Source of the DNA: a virus
Lineage: Duplodnaviria > Caudoviricetes
Length of the DNA stretch: 64,000 nucleotides
Strand: one strand, 5' to 3'
Virus record (IMG/VR): IMGVR_UViG_3300005259_000074
Coordinates: 1 to 64,000 of that record
Positions 44,592 to 53,165 of this stretch are shown one piece after another (the first letter of the stretch is position 1; each line of letters opens with the position of its first letter). Position numbers and translations under genes: made by a program. Below the pieces are notes generated by a model. The model did no database searches. It was not told the origin of the DNA and saw only the letters and a program-made list of their open reading frames with translations.

Positions 44592-45482
44592 ATGTGGAGT
44601 GAAGTGCGAGACATCAAAGGAGAGAACCCCAACGTCACAAAATTCGTCTTCCTGAAGAAGGACGCGGTTGCAGAAGCAGTGCTCTACAAGTACGGAGACT
44701 GCAGAGACAGGACAGTCATCTGCTGTTCCACTCAGTCGGGTTGTCCCGTGGGCTGCGCGTTCTGTGGGACCGGTAAGAAGTTCGTCCGCAACTTGACTGC
44801 GAGGGAGATCACCAGCCAGATCGAGACAGTGCTCCAGTCAAAGCATGTAGATTGCTCGGTCGACGACATCTTCCGCTTCCAGATCATGTTCATGAGCATG
44901 GGAGAGCCCTTCTTGAACATGAAGAACGTGATAACCGCGATCAGAGACATGAACGAGGAGTACGTAGACGTCGAACTCCTGGTCTCCACGATGGGAGCTA
45001 AGTCCGCTACTTTCGAGCAGGACTTGAAGTCTTTCACAGAGCAGTCGCGTCTCATATCGGGAGTGGGCTTGCAATTCTCCATCCACAAGATGATAGACAG
45101 CGACCGGGACCGCCTCATCCCGTTCAAGAACAAGCTCACGCTGAGGGAGATGCGGGACGTCGGCATATTCTGGCACAAACAGACGAAGAGGCCGGTATTC
45201 CTCAATTTCTGCGTCGACGAGGAGTGGTCAGCCTACGAGAGGGCACGTCTGCTAGACATGTTTTCACCCGTGGTGTTCAACTTGACGTTCTCCGTAGTCT
45301 GCAACACGGAGAAAGGCGGCCTCTCTTCTAGGGGCATCGAAACAGCGAAGAAGATGAACGACGAGTTCACCGCTATCGGGTACAACTCGAGGACGTTCGA
45401 CCCAGGTGGACAGGACGATATCGGAGCCGGCTGCGGCCAACTGTGGTTCGTGCAGGATTGGATGAAGAACAGAGGAGAGTGA
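44592..45482 (+). CDS. RlmN/Cfr-like radical SAM RNA methyltransferase
   Basis: CCSTQSGCPVGCAFCGTG (CxxxCxxC plus upstream Cys), MSMGEP, LQFSIH, DIGAGCGQL. Confidence 0.88.
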   Translation: MWSEVRDIKGENPNVTKFVFLKKDAVAEAVLYKYGDCRDRTVICCSTQSGCPVGCAFCGTGKKFVRNLTAREITSQIETVLQSKHVDCSVDDIFRFQIMFMSMGEPFLNMKNVITAIRDMNEEYVDVELLVSTMGAKSATFEQDLKSFTEQSRLISGVGLQFSIHKMIDSDRDRLIPFKNKLTLREMRDVGIFWHKQTKRPVFLNFCVDEEWSAYERARLLDMFSPVVFNLTFSVVCNTEKGGLSSRGIETAKKMNDEFTAIGYNSRTFDPGGQDDIGAGCGQLWFVQDWMKNRGE

Positions 45483-45483
45483 G

Positions 45484-45702
45484 ATGAGCACTACGAGTTT
45501 GAGGCACTGCATGAGGTGTGGAAAAACTACGATCCACGTGACTACTCCGAAGAGAAGCATCGGAGAGAAGCTCTTCCTCGGCGTAGTCACGCTGGGTATG
45601 ATCCCTTTCATAGAATCAATTTCACCCGACAAGCACAACAACAAACTCATGGGGAGTGAAGTACGCTGCGACGTGTGCGGAAAATTGAAAGAAGAAACCT
45701 GA
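45484..45702 (+). CDS. zinc-ribbon protein with central TM
   Basis: CMRCG...hydrophobic segment...CDVCG. Confidence 0.65.
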   Translation: MSTTSLRHCMRCGKTTIHVTTPKRSIGEKLFLGVVTLGMIPFIESISPDKHNNKLMGSEVRCDVCGKLKEET

Positions 45703-45712
45703 TAGAGGACCT

Positions 45713-45955
45713 ATGAGTACTCTAGAAGCAAAGAATTACTGCGCCTACTCGGACGTCTTTGGAATGCCCGTCAAGAGGTTCAAGTGCGAGAAACCAAAGG
45801 AGTCTACCAAGTGCAAGTACTACGAAAGTGACGAGACACCAACGACTCAGATGAACGAGTGCATGCACGAGTCTTTCGGGGTCTGTGCAAGGAGTGCAGC
45901 TAGGAAGGAGGCGTTAGCCGAAGTTGAACTGATGGAGAGACTGGAGAACATATGA
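45713..45955 (+). CDS. CRT-family protein
   Basis: NYC..FKC..CKYY..C..C..AARKEA..RLENI*. Confidence 0.8.
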   Translation: MSTLEAKNYCAYSDVFGMPVKRFKCEKPKESTKCKYYESDETPTTQMNECMHESFGVCARSAARKEALAEVELMERLENI

Positions 45956-46227
45956 ACAAGTACCTATCCAGAGCTATAGACAGCATCGAGCGGTTCGAAC
46001 TCTTCATGGTGATCGGAGGCGTACTGACGATCTTCATCAAATCAGCCGTCGATGCAGCCTTTGATCTCGTGCACGAACACACGGGGTTTGACATCATTCT
46101 GATGGTGTTGGGAGCCACAGGGGTCATCTGGAATATCATTCTGATCTACACGGTGTTCTCAAGAGCTCGCAAGTACAAGCGAGATAAGGAAGAGCGCTTG
46201 ATTCTGGAGAAGTTAGAAGATGTGTAA
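45952..46227 (+). CDS. two-TM membrane protein with C-terminal tag (KLEDV)
   Basis: ATGA-coupled; two TMs. Confidence 0.7.
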   Translation: MNKYLSRAIDSIERFELFMVIGGVLTIFIKSAVDAAFDLVHEHTGFDIILMVLGATGVIWNIILIYTVFSRARKYKRDKEERLILEKLEDV

Positions 46228-46480
46228 GGTCAACAGGTGCTGGATAAGGAATTTCGACGGTCTCTTCGACGACGTCTACACCTGCACTTGCTCACAAATT
46301 ATCATCAGCAGATCTCCTAACATATTCGACTACGACACGTGTCAACACTTCGTGCAAGTTCCGGACTACGCAGACGAGATGTGCAAGTACGAGGTATCGA
46401 GGCCAATCGTCGGCATACTCTGCGGATGTCCAGAAGCGCAGGACGACGCCGAAGCAAACAAGAAGTTGGAGGAACTGTGA
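46220..46480 (+). CDS. CRT-family protein
   Basis: CQHF..CKY..CGCPEAQDDAEANKKLEEL*. Confidence 0.8.
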   Translation: MCKVNRCWIRNFDGLFDDVYTCTCSQIIISRSPNIFDYDTCQHFVQVPDYADEMCKYEVSRPIVGILCGCPEAQDDAEANKKLEEL

Positions 46481-46725
46481 AGAGGAACTTGTGCGGAAAG
46501 TACGGTGATGTGTTCATCTGCGAAGCCGAAGATAGGACGTACGTTCCTGTACGTCCTTCATCACTATTTGAAGACAACCATTCTACGTCTCAAGAAGATT
46601 GCATGTACTACAAGAAGGGTACTCCACTCTACAACGAATGTTACAACTTAGTGAACGGAATAAAGTGCAATTCTAAGAGAGCTAGAAAAGACGCCAGCAT
46701 AGTAGCTATGATAGAAGCTCTATGA
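46477..46725 (+). CDS. CRT-family protein
   Basis: GTGA-coupled MKRNLC; CMYY; ends AMIEAL*. Confidence 0.8.
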   Translation: MKRNLCGKYGDVFICEAEDRTYVPVRPSSLFEDNHSTSQEDCMYYKKGTPLYNECYNLVNGIKCNSKRARKDASIVAMIEAL

Positions 46726-46763
46726 AGATGAACTTACACAACGAACAACTGGAGGAACTTTAG
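46722..46763 (+). CDS. 13-aa minigene MKMNLHNEQLEEL (CRT termini only)
   Basis: ATGA overlap upstream; TAG abuts the next ATG; contains GGAGG. Confidence 0.55.
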   Translation: MKMNLHNEQLEEL

Positions 46764-47309
46764 ATGGACCGGCCGTACCCCGAAGAAGGCTCATGCGGTT
46801 CTTTGAGAGACTGGTACGTCGCTAGGAGGAACATCATCTTGAACCGCCGGTGTGATGATCCCACTAATTCTTCTAACATACACCCTCTTGTGAAAGAACT
46901 GTGCGTCACGTTGAACTCCATCCCGGGCATTGTGACTGGCTGCATTAGCGGAAAAGAACTCGACCCATTCAGAGTGTGGTTCTACGCGTACAACCAGGCC
47001 CAACTGTTCGTCGTCGCTAGAGCTATCGACAGGCGCTACTGCGGAGCTGCTGCTTGGCGCATGTACGTTGATGCAGGGGACATGCAGGAGTTCGCTACAT
47101 CCTACTACATAGAGGGATTCTCAAAAGACAGAGGCATCTCGTATTCCGACAACGAGCGAGATGAAGTCAGGATTCCACACGTAGTGAAGAACATTAAGAA
47201 ACTCCTTGACGATCAACAATGCGCGATGTACTACGGTTACGACACCGATCAGACACAGATACCGACAGTGGAAGAGCTCGCATCGTATGAAAAACTCGAA
47301 GATTTGTGA
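46764..47309 (+). CDS. hypothetical protein with C-terminal tag (KLEDL)
   Basis: LCVTLNSIPGI..PFRVWF..ARAIDRRY motif; ends YEKLEDL*. Confidence 0.7.
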   Translation: MDRPYPEEGSCGSLRDWYVARRNIILNRRCDDPTNSSNIHPLVKELCVTLNSIPGIVTGCISGKELDPFRVWFYAYNQAQLFVVARAIDRRYCGAAAWRMYVDAGDMQEFATSYYIEGFSKDRGISYSDNERDEVRIPHVVKNIKKLLDDQQCAMYYGYDTDQTQIPTVEELASYEKLEDL

Positions 47310-47315
47310 GGATTT

Positions 47316-47346
47316 CTCTTTACATTCTCTGAAAGTGGTGTAAATT
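47316..47346 (+). promoter_or_regulatory. early-type promoter CTCTTTACA-N16-TAAATT
   Basis: Same motif; upstream of the homing endonuclease gene. Confidence 0.55.
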
Positions 47347-47413
47347 ATAAGTAAAGGAAATGACTTCACTATTATGACACAGGAATGTATATATAATATT
47401 AAGGAATCACCAT

Positions 47414-49039
47414 ATGACACCTGAAGAGCTTAAAGAATTTCTCAAAGATCCGAATATGAAAAAGAACTTCGGAGCGATCGCTGCTTCAACTAAAGTTGGG
47501 ACGAAGTACTTTGATGTAAGAACGACTCTCTACGAGGAGACTTCATCATTTCCAGATGCTTCGATAAGTGAACGCATCTTCTGTGTTTTGAACGGAATTA
47601 AACGTCCCAAGATATGTAAGTGCGGTTGTGGGAAACTAGTCAACGACCAACGGCATGACTATCTCGCATCTCACGGAAATAGAGATCCTGAGGTCAAAGC
47701 TAAAAAGGAAGAGTCTTACAAAAAGAAGACAGGCTATACTAATCCATCTCAGAATCCGGATGTCAAGAAACAGAAAGCTGACACTTCGATCAAAAATTGG
47801 GGAGCAGTTAGCTACATGCGGACCGATGAAGGTAAAAAGATGCATGATGATAGCATGCTAAAATTGCACGGAGTTGTGAACCCCTTTCAGATACCTGAAG
47901 TCAAAGCTGATATTCAGATAAAGTGGAAAGTTAAAAAATCCGAGACTATCAAGAAGATAAAAGAAACTGGTAAAAAAACATTCTTCGAGAAAATGTTGAC
48001 ATCAAATAGAATGGGTTCTATCAGACCACTATTTACTATCGATGAATATGCTGGGTGTGACAAGTATTATCGATTCATGTGTACCACCTGCAACAAAGAA
48101 TTCACCGACAGAGTCATCAATGGACGCATTCCTCGTTGCACTACGTGTTATCCTCTCATAGATTCCGGTGGTCGTTCTTTAGCTCAACAAGAAGTGACAG
48201 ACTACATTAAATTTTTAACAGACCAAGAAGTGAAAGAGGAAGATAGAAAAGTACTAGAGGGAAAAGAACTTGACATATACATTCCTTCGTTGAACATAGC
48301 ATTTGAATACTGCGGTCTCTATTGGCACAGTGAGATATCTGGCACGGAACGCAACAAGGACGCTGATAAAGGTAGGCACTATCATGTTGGAAAATTTAAG
48401 AAGTGTTCTGATAAAGGCATTAAGCTCATCACAATTTTTGAAGATGAATGGGTGTATAGACAAACACAAGTAAAAGGTAGAATAAGAGCACTGTTAGGAG
48501 CATGTGAGAAAATTGGAGCACGTGAGTGTTCTGTTGAGAAATTGAATTTTGAAGAATACTCCCAATTTGTTGATAACTATCACATACAAGGAAGCACAAA
48601 TGCTTTTTTGACAGCATACGGTCTCAAGTATGGTGGAGAAGTCCTTTCAGTCATAGGTATTTCTAACAAGCGCGGTATCTTTAAGGGAGGAAAGAAAGAT
48701 TGTCTAGAACTCATCAGAATGTGTTCTAGAGATGGAATAGAAGTTGTTGGTGGGATGTCACGGTTGATATCTGCTGTTGCAAAAGATTACCCAGAAAGAT
48801 TGCTAGTTTCATATGCAGACAGACGATGGAGTGATGGAAATGGATATGTTAAGACTGGATTCATAGCAGTCAATACATCTACTGCTAATTATTGGTATGT
48901 CAAAGATGGAGAACGTCACCACCGTCTGATAGCGAGAGATAAACGAATCACAGGTCTTACTGAATGGGAATCGATGCAGATTCTTAAGTATGACAGAATA
49001 TGGGATTGTGGCACAATCAGATTTGAAAAGATTCTCTAA
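47414..49039 (+). mobile_element. Hef-like homing endonuclease (PD-(D/E)xK) with DNA-binding repeats and C-terminal GNAT/Mom-like domain
   Basis: AT-rich; CKCGCG, NPSQNPDVK repeats, CTTC..CTTC, ELDIYIPSLNIAFEYCGLYWH...IFEDEW, then ELIRMC..VVGG..WSDG..WDCG; next to gp23. Confidence 0.8.
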
Positions 49040-49059
49040 TCATCTTTCAAAATGAAGAC

Positions 49060-49100
49060 AAAAAAATAGGGGAGAGTTTTTACACTCTCCCCTATTTGTT
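49060..49100. terminator. bidirectional intrinsic terminator
   Basis: ATAGGGGAGAGT/ACTCTCCCCTAT perfect stem flanked by A and T tracts between convergent genes. Confidence 0.9.
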
Positions 49101-49143
49101 CTTGTAGAACTACTTGCAGTTGTCCACTGCTAAGCTTTTCAGC

Positions 49144-50532
49144 TTAGTACATGAACACTCTGCTGCCACTTGCCTCAAGAACCGAGGAGGTGAGTCCGTC
49201 GACCTTGATGAAATGGTAATAGTTTCCTGCGCCGAACAGATTGCTCAAAATCCCGTAGCGGGTCCTGACACCGATCCTAGGAGTGAAGTTCTCCTGGCCG
49301 AGAGCCCTGAGCAACTGAACCGGGATGTACGGAGTATATATGATACCCGCATCATACGGAGTTGGTCCCTTGTACCCGAGGAGCGCGTAGTTGCCCATGG
49401 CGAACGTATCCCTGTAGAGGGTGATTCCGCCGTTGCGCATCGTGCCGACCTTGGAGATTCCGACCGTATTCGTGTCGAGGGCTGCGTTTCCAGCCTTGTC
49501 GAGGACGAAGTCCTGGAGTCTCTCGAGGATTGCGCAGACGTTCGGGGAGCCGAAGGCGAAGGTCGCCGGGCCTCTCCTGGACGTGATTGCGATCTCGTTG
49601 GACTTCTGGAGGATCTGGGTGTAGAGAGTGCCGATACGCTCGAGCTGGTTCCTGCCGTCAGCAGAGACCGGGCTCCAGGTCGACACGCGTCCACCTGCGA
49701 TAGCAGCCTTCACCATTTCTGCGAGGAGCTGACGGTCGATTTCCGCCTGGATCTCGTAGGAGATGATGTTGACCATCTCAGCATCGACGTCTACGCCGTG
49801 CATGTTCATCATGTCTTCAGCGAGTTCCAGCGACCAGTGGGCTGCGAGCTTGCGGCTCTTAGCTTCGACTATCGCCTTCTCCATGCTGAACTTGGCCATC
49901 GGCATGTCCTCGCCAATATTCCACCACTCGGAACCAGCCAGAGTAGCGCCCTGACCGTCTTCACCGTAGGTGTTCTGGCCGAGAGCACCAGCAGAACCGG
50001 TGCCAGCGAAGGCTTCCCAGTATGCGCCGGTAGTCGCGTTGCCGGAAGCGCCGGTGAACGCGGAGTCTACGAGGTTGTACCCGATCTCAGTTCCCTGAGT
50101 GACGGTACCCTTGCCGTTGGAGCCGTAGCGCGCGCGGAATGCGAACGCGAATCCAACCGGGCCGTACATCGGCTGAACACCGACGGTGTTGTGGGCGATG
50201 AGCTCGGGGAATATACGCCTCGCGGTCGGGATTACGATCGTGGGCATGCGGGCGTCGTTGGCGCCGTAGTCGAAAGTGCTGCCGAGCTGACCTGCGCCAT
50301 TCGGGAGGCCAGTCGTGTATGCACCGGCCTGCGCACCCATTCCGGCGGCCTGTCCAGCGTAAGACTCGTTGACCTTGTCGAACTCGCGCTGAGTGTTCTC
50401 GAGGACTAGTGCCGTCGAGAGCCTGACTTGCTCCGAGCTGATCTTGGAGAGACCCTCGGCCTCGAGGACCGGAGTCCACTTCTCTAGGACCTTCTCCTGG
50501 TAGTTAGCCGGGAGGTGCTGGTAGAGACTCAT
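49144..50532 (-). CDS. gp23: T4-like major capsid protein
   Basis: EKWTPVLE..LVLEN, VGVQPM.GP.G..FA.R, KSRKLAAHWSLELAED..HGVD, EIQAEIDR, DAGIIY.PY, TRYG..NLF. Confidence 0.97.
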   Translation of the reverse strand: MSLYQHLPANYQEKVLEKWTPVLEAEGLSKISSEQVRLSTALVLENTQREFDKVNESYAGQAAGMGAQAGAYTTGLPNGAGQLGSTFDYGANDARMPTIVIPTARRIFPELIAHNTVGVQPMYGPVGFAFAFRARYGSNGKGTVTQGTEIGYNLVDSAFTGASGNATTGAYWEAFAGTGSAGALGQNTYGEDGQGATLAGSEWWNIGEDMPMAKFSMEKAIVEAKSRKLAAHWSLELAEDMMNMHGVDVDAEMVNIISYEIQAEIDRQLLAEMVKAAIAGGRVSTWSPVSADGRNQLERIGTLYTQILQKSNEIAITSRRGPATFAFGSPNVCAILERLQDFVLDKAGNAALDTNTVGISKVGTMRNGGITLYRDTFAMGNYALLGYKGPTPYDAGIIYTPYIPVQLLRALGQENFTPRIGVRTRYGILSNLFGAGNYYHFIKVDGLTSSVLEASGSRVFMY

Positions 50533-50551
50533 TTCTTATTCTCCTGTGAGA

Positions 50552-51556
50552 TTACTTGCGGTTCTTACCGAACCGATTGATACGGGAGACGTAGGCGTCC
50601 ATCGTCGTGGGCTCCTTCGTTTCCTCTTCTATTACGCCCTCAGTGATTTTCTGAGCGGCAGGGGTGATCGACGGCTTAGCTGCGTCTACGAGCTTGTCTC
50701 GTGTGGCGGTCTCATCGTCGGCGAAGGCCTTGACGGCCTCATCGAACTTCTCCTCAATCTCGCTCGCCTTGCTGTCCTTGAAACGGACCTCGAGGAAAGC
50801 GTGAAGCTTAGGAGATACGTCCTTAGTCTTCTTCTCAAGCGTTATGCGCGCTTCGTTCTTCTCTATCTTGTTGACGAGCTCGACCCTCTCGAGCATGAGC
50901 TTGTCTATTGTCTGATCTTTCGCGTCGAGCTGCGCTTTCGCATCTACGATGGCTTCCTTGATCTCGCCCTGGACGTAGTCGCTGTTGATGAAGCACATGT
51001 TCTTGACCTGCTCGAACATGCTCTCGAGGCGCTGCAGCTTGGCTGCGTCTACTATCTTCTCCTCAGGAGTCGCTTCCTCAAGGTAAGCGTCGAGGAACTT
51101 CGAGACGTTCTCTTCGACCTTGGCGATCGTCTCAGCGTCGTACTTCTGGTAGACTGCCTTGAGCTTCTCGGAGTGGTTCTCGTCGATCTTATCGACTGCG
51201 TCCTGAAGCATCTCAGTGTGGTCTTCGTCGATCTTCGAGATGACTTTCTCCAACAAGTCGGTGTGCTTGTCGTCGATGGCTTCGAGCGCCGCTTCAAACT
51301 TCTCGGCGTGGTCTTCGTCGATCATGTCGATGATCTCTTGCATCTTAGCTGCGTGGTCTTCGTCCATCGCGTCGAGGGCTTCTTGGAGTTTCGCAGTGTG
51401 ATCTTCGTCAACGGCTGCGACAGCCTTCTCAAAGGACTGCTTGGTGATATCTTCGATCTTGCTCTCGAAAGCCTTGACGAGTTCCGCTTTCTTAGCGGAG
51501 TCCATCAGACCCTTCGACTCGAGCTCAGTCAGCAAACTCTCGAAAAGTACTTTCAT
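50552..51556 (-). CDS. gp22: prohead core scaffold protein
   Basis: Acidic coiled coil just upstream of gp23; ENVSKFLDAYLEE, MDAYVSRI C-terminus. Confidence 0.85.
   Translation of the reverse strand: MKVLFESLLTELESKGLMDSAKKAELVKAFESKIEDITKQSFEKAVAAVDEDHTAKLQEALDAMDEDHAAKMQEIIDMIDEDHAEKFEAALEAIDDKHTDLLEKVISKIDEDHTEMLQDAVDKIDENHSEKLKAVYQKYDAETIAKVEENVSKFLDAYLEEATPEEKIVDAAKLQRLESMFEQVKNMCFINSDYVQGEIKEAIVDAKAQLDAKDQTIDKLMLERVELVNKIEKNEARITLEKKTKDVSPKLHAFLEVRFKDSKASEIEEKFDEAVKAFADDETATRDKLVDAAKPSITPAAQKITEGVIEEETKEPTTMDAYVSRINRFGKNRK
51143..51412 (-). repeat. six 15-aa repeats (I/V/M)DE(D/N)Hxx(K/L/M)L in the scaffold
   Basis: VDEDHTAKLQEALDA / MDEDHAAKMQEIIDM / IDEDHAEKFEAALEA / IDDKHTDLLEKVISK / IDEDHTEMLQDAVDK / IDENHSEKLKAVYQK. 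Confidence 0.85.
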
Positions 51557-51583
51557 CTTAACAGATCTCCTGTTGTTTGATCC

Positions 51584-51591
51584 TATTTACA
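51584..51591 (-). promoter_or_regulatory. late promoter variant TGTAAATA
   Basis: About 28 nt upstream of the gp22 start. Confidence 0.7.
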
Positions 51592-51599
51592 CTCGAACT

Positions 51600-51746
51600 T
51601 TAACGAACTGTGAGTTTCTCGGCTATTTGTGCTTTTCTTGCGATAGCTTTCTCAGCCAGCGCTTTCTTCAACTCTTCGAGAGCCAACTGAGCGTTACCGC
51701 TCTTAAGGTTCTTGACGAACGATTTCACGTGTGTGTTTTCAGACAT
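51600..51746 (-). CDS. small prohead core protein (gp67-like)
   Basis: 48-aa ORF below the track cutoff, MSENTHVKSFVKNLKSGNAQLALEELKKALAEKAIARKAQIAEKLTVR; AAAGGA RBS; position upstream of gp22. Confidence 0.6.
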   Translation of the reverse strand: MSENTHVKSFVKNLKSGNAQLALEELKKALAEKAIARKAQIAEKLTVR

Positions 51747-51767
51747 GATGCGTTGTCCTTTCAGACG

Positions 51768-52178
51768 TTATTTCTTAGACGGTCTCAGCGCGATGTTTCC
51801 ACGAGACTTCGCCGCCTCGTACACTTCATCAGCAGCTTTTCCGAGCGCTTCGAGTTCTTTGGAGTGCTTTTCGCAATAGGCGACAGCTTCTTCTAGATCA
51901 GTGACAGCAGATTTCCACTCTTTCAAGTACTCTTCTTTAGCTTTCTGAAGCGAAGTGTAACCACCTGGAGTAGATATTCCCATGAAGAACTGCAGTTGGA
52001 ATCCCTTCTGCTTGTCGGCTAAAACGTTCACTACACCGCCGAAAGAAGTCTTACCGAAACTCTTGTTCAGAGCTCTTGTCTTCTCGTCGATCTTCGCCAT
52101 CTCATCGACAAACTGCTTGTCTTCGAGAATCTTATCGGACTTAGTCAACTTCTCAAATGCATCATCGAACTTGCTCAT
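51768..52178 (-). CDS. putative internal head protein (MSKFDD leader)
   Basis: MSKFDDAFEKL..ILE. Confidence 0.7.
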   Translation of the reverse strand: MSKFDDAFEKLTKSDKILEDKQFVDEMAKIDEKTRALNKSFGKTSFGGVVNVLADKQKGFQLQFFMGISTPGGYTSLQKAKEEYLKEWKSAVTDLEEAVAYCEKHSKELEALGKAADEVYEAAKSRGNIALRPSKK

Positions 52179-52732
52179 TTAACCCATGCCTTTTCAACAT
52201 TCTGGAGGTTGTTGTACGCACGTTTGGCTGAGTTGAACGCGTCTTCGCTCTGGTGTTTGATACTCTCTATGTCCATCATCGGAAGATTGCTGTTCGCGCC
52301 GAGAGATTTGTTGAGTTCTTTAGCTTTGTTGTAGAGAGATTCAGCTTCCACAAAAGTCTCGTTTGCCAATTTGCCGACTTCCCGCGCTTTAGTGACCAAC
52401 GCGCTGATGTTAACGTTGGTATTAGCTTCAGTCAATTTCTCAGAATTATCTTCAAAATCGTCAGCTTCTTTGATGAACGACTTATCGAGGACTCCGTGCT
52501 TGACAAGTTCTGCGACCGCAGCTTTCCTGTACTTTTTATACTGGGAAGAGTTCAGTTGGGTATCTTCTCTGTCTTTGAACTGCTGATAACTTCCGGTTTG
52601 CAGGACTTTAACCCACTCTTCGTTGTCTTTCAGAGACCTCGCATCATTAGTCCCCATCTCCTTCAGATCGTTGTCGGTGAATGACTCTTCACTCAGAGAG
52701 TATTTCTTTAAAACATCATCGAACTTGCTCAT
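52175..52732 (-). CDS. putative internal head protein (MSKFDD leader)
   Basis: MSKFDDVLKKYSLSEE; internal IKE and LTE protease-like sites. Confidence 0.7.
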   Translation of the reverse strand: MSKFDDVLKKYSLSEESFTDNDLKEMGTNDARSLKDNEEWVKVLQTGSYQQFKDREDTQLNSSQYKKYRKAAVAELVKHGVLDKSFIKEADDFEDNSEKLTEANTNVNISALVTKAREVGKLANETFVEAESLYNKAKELNKSLGANSNLPMMDIESIKHQSEDAFNSAKRAYNNLQNVEKAWVK

Positions 52733-52737
52733 GTCAA

Positions 52738-53160
52738 TCAGTCCTTCTTTATCAGTTTAGCAAAATCATTGAAATTGCTTTCAGCTTCTTCTGCATCTCC
52801 ACCCGTGTAGTGTTTCTTCAAGTGGTGTATGAGCGAATGTTTGTTCCCTACGAGATGGACCACAGGATGTCCACCGCCAGGTCCACTCATCGTCATTACT
52901 TTTCCTTCTACACCCGGAGTGCTGTTTATCTTACGCTCCAGAGATTTTTGGTCTCCATCATGCATCCAATCTAGCTTGATCTCATGCCGGGCCTGATCGA
53001 TCTTTTCAAATTTTCCTCCAACTTTGCGGAACAGAGGTTTGTGATCTTCTTTTCCGTAGAAGCCCTGACCGATAGAATGAGTGCCTTCAGGTCCCTGAAG
53101 TTTTGAATTCGCCTTCTCTTCACCGATAATGCTCTCATAAAGTTCTTGAAACTTGCTCAT
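52738..53160 (-). CDS. putative internal head protein (MSKFQELYE leader)
   Basis: Shares GPExTH..G.GFYG.E...PLFRKVG.KFEKI domain with the next gene. Confidence 0.75.
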   Translation of the reverse strand: MSKFQELYESIIGEEKANSKLQGPEGTHSIGQGFYGKEDHKPLFRKVGGKFEKIDQARHEIKLDWMHDGDQKSLERKINSTPGVEGKVMTMSGPGGGHPVVHLVGNKHSLIHHLKKHYTGGDAEEAESNFNDFAKLIKKD

Positions 53161-53165
53161 TCCAA

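Noticed and set aside
49114-51580. Long + strand ORFs 49114..50409 and 50546..51580 (also 1385..2083, 55451..56161, 21287..21835 and many short antisense ORFs)
   Set aside because: Antisense shadows of strongly biased genes (gp23, gp22, cca, gp19, nadV); no motifs or RBS.
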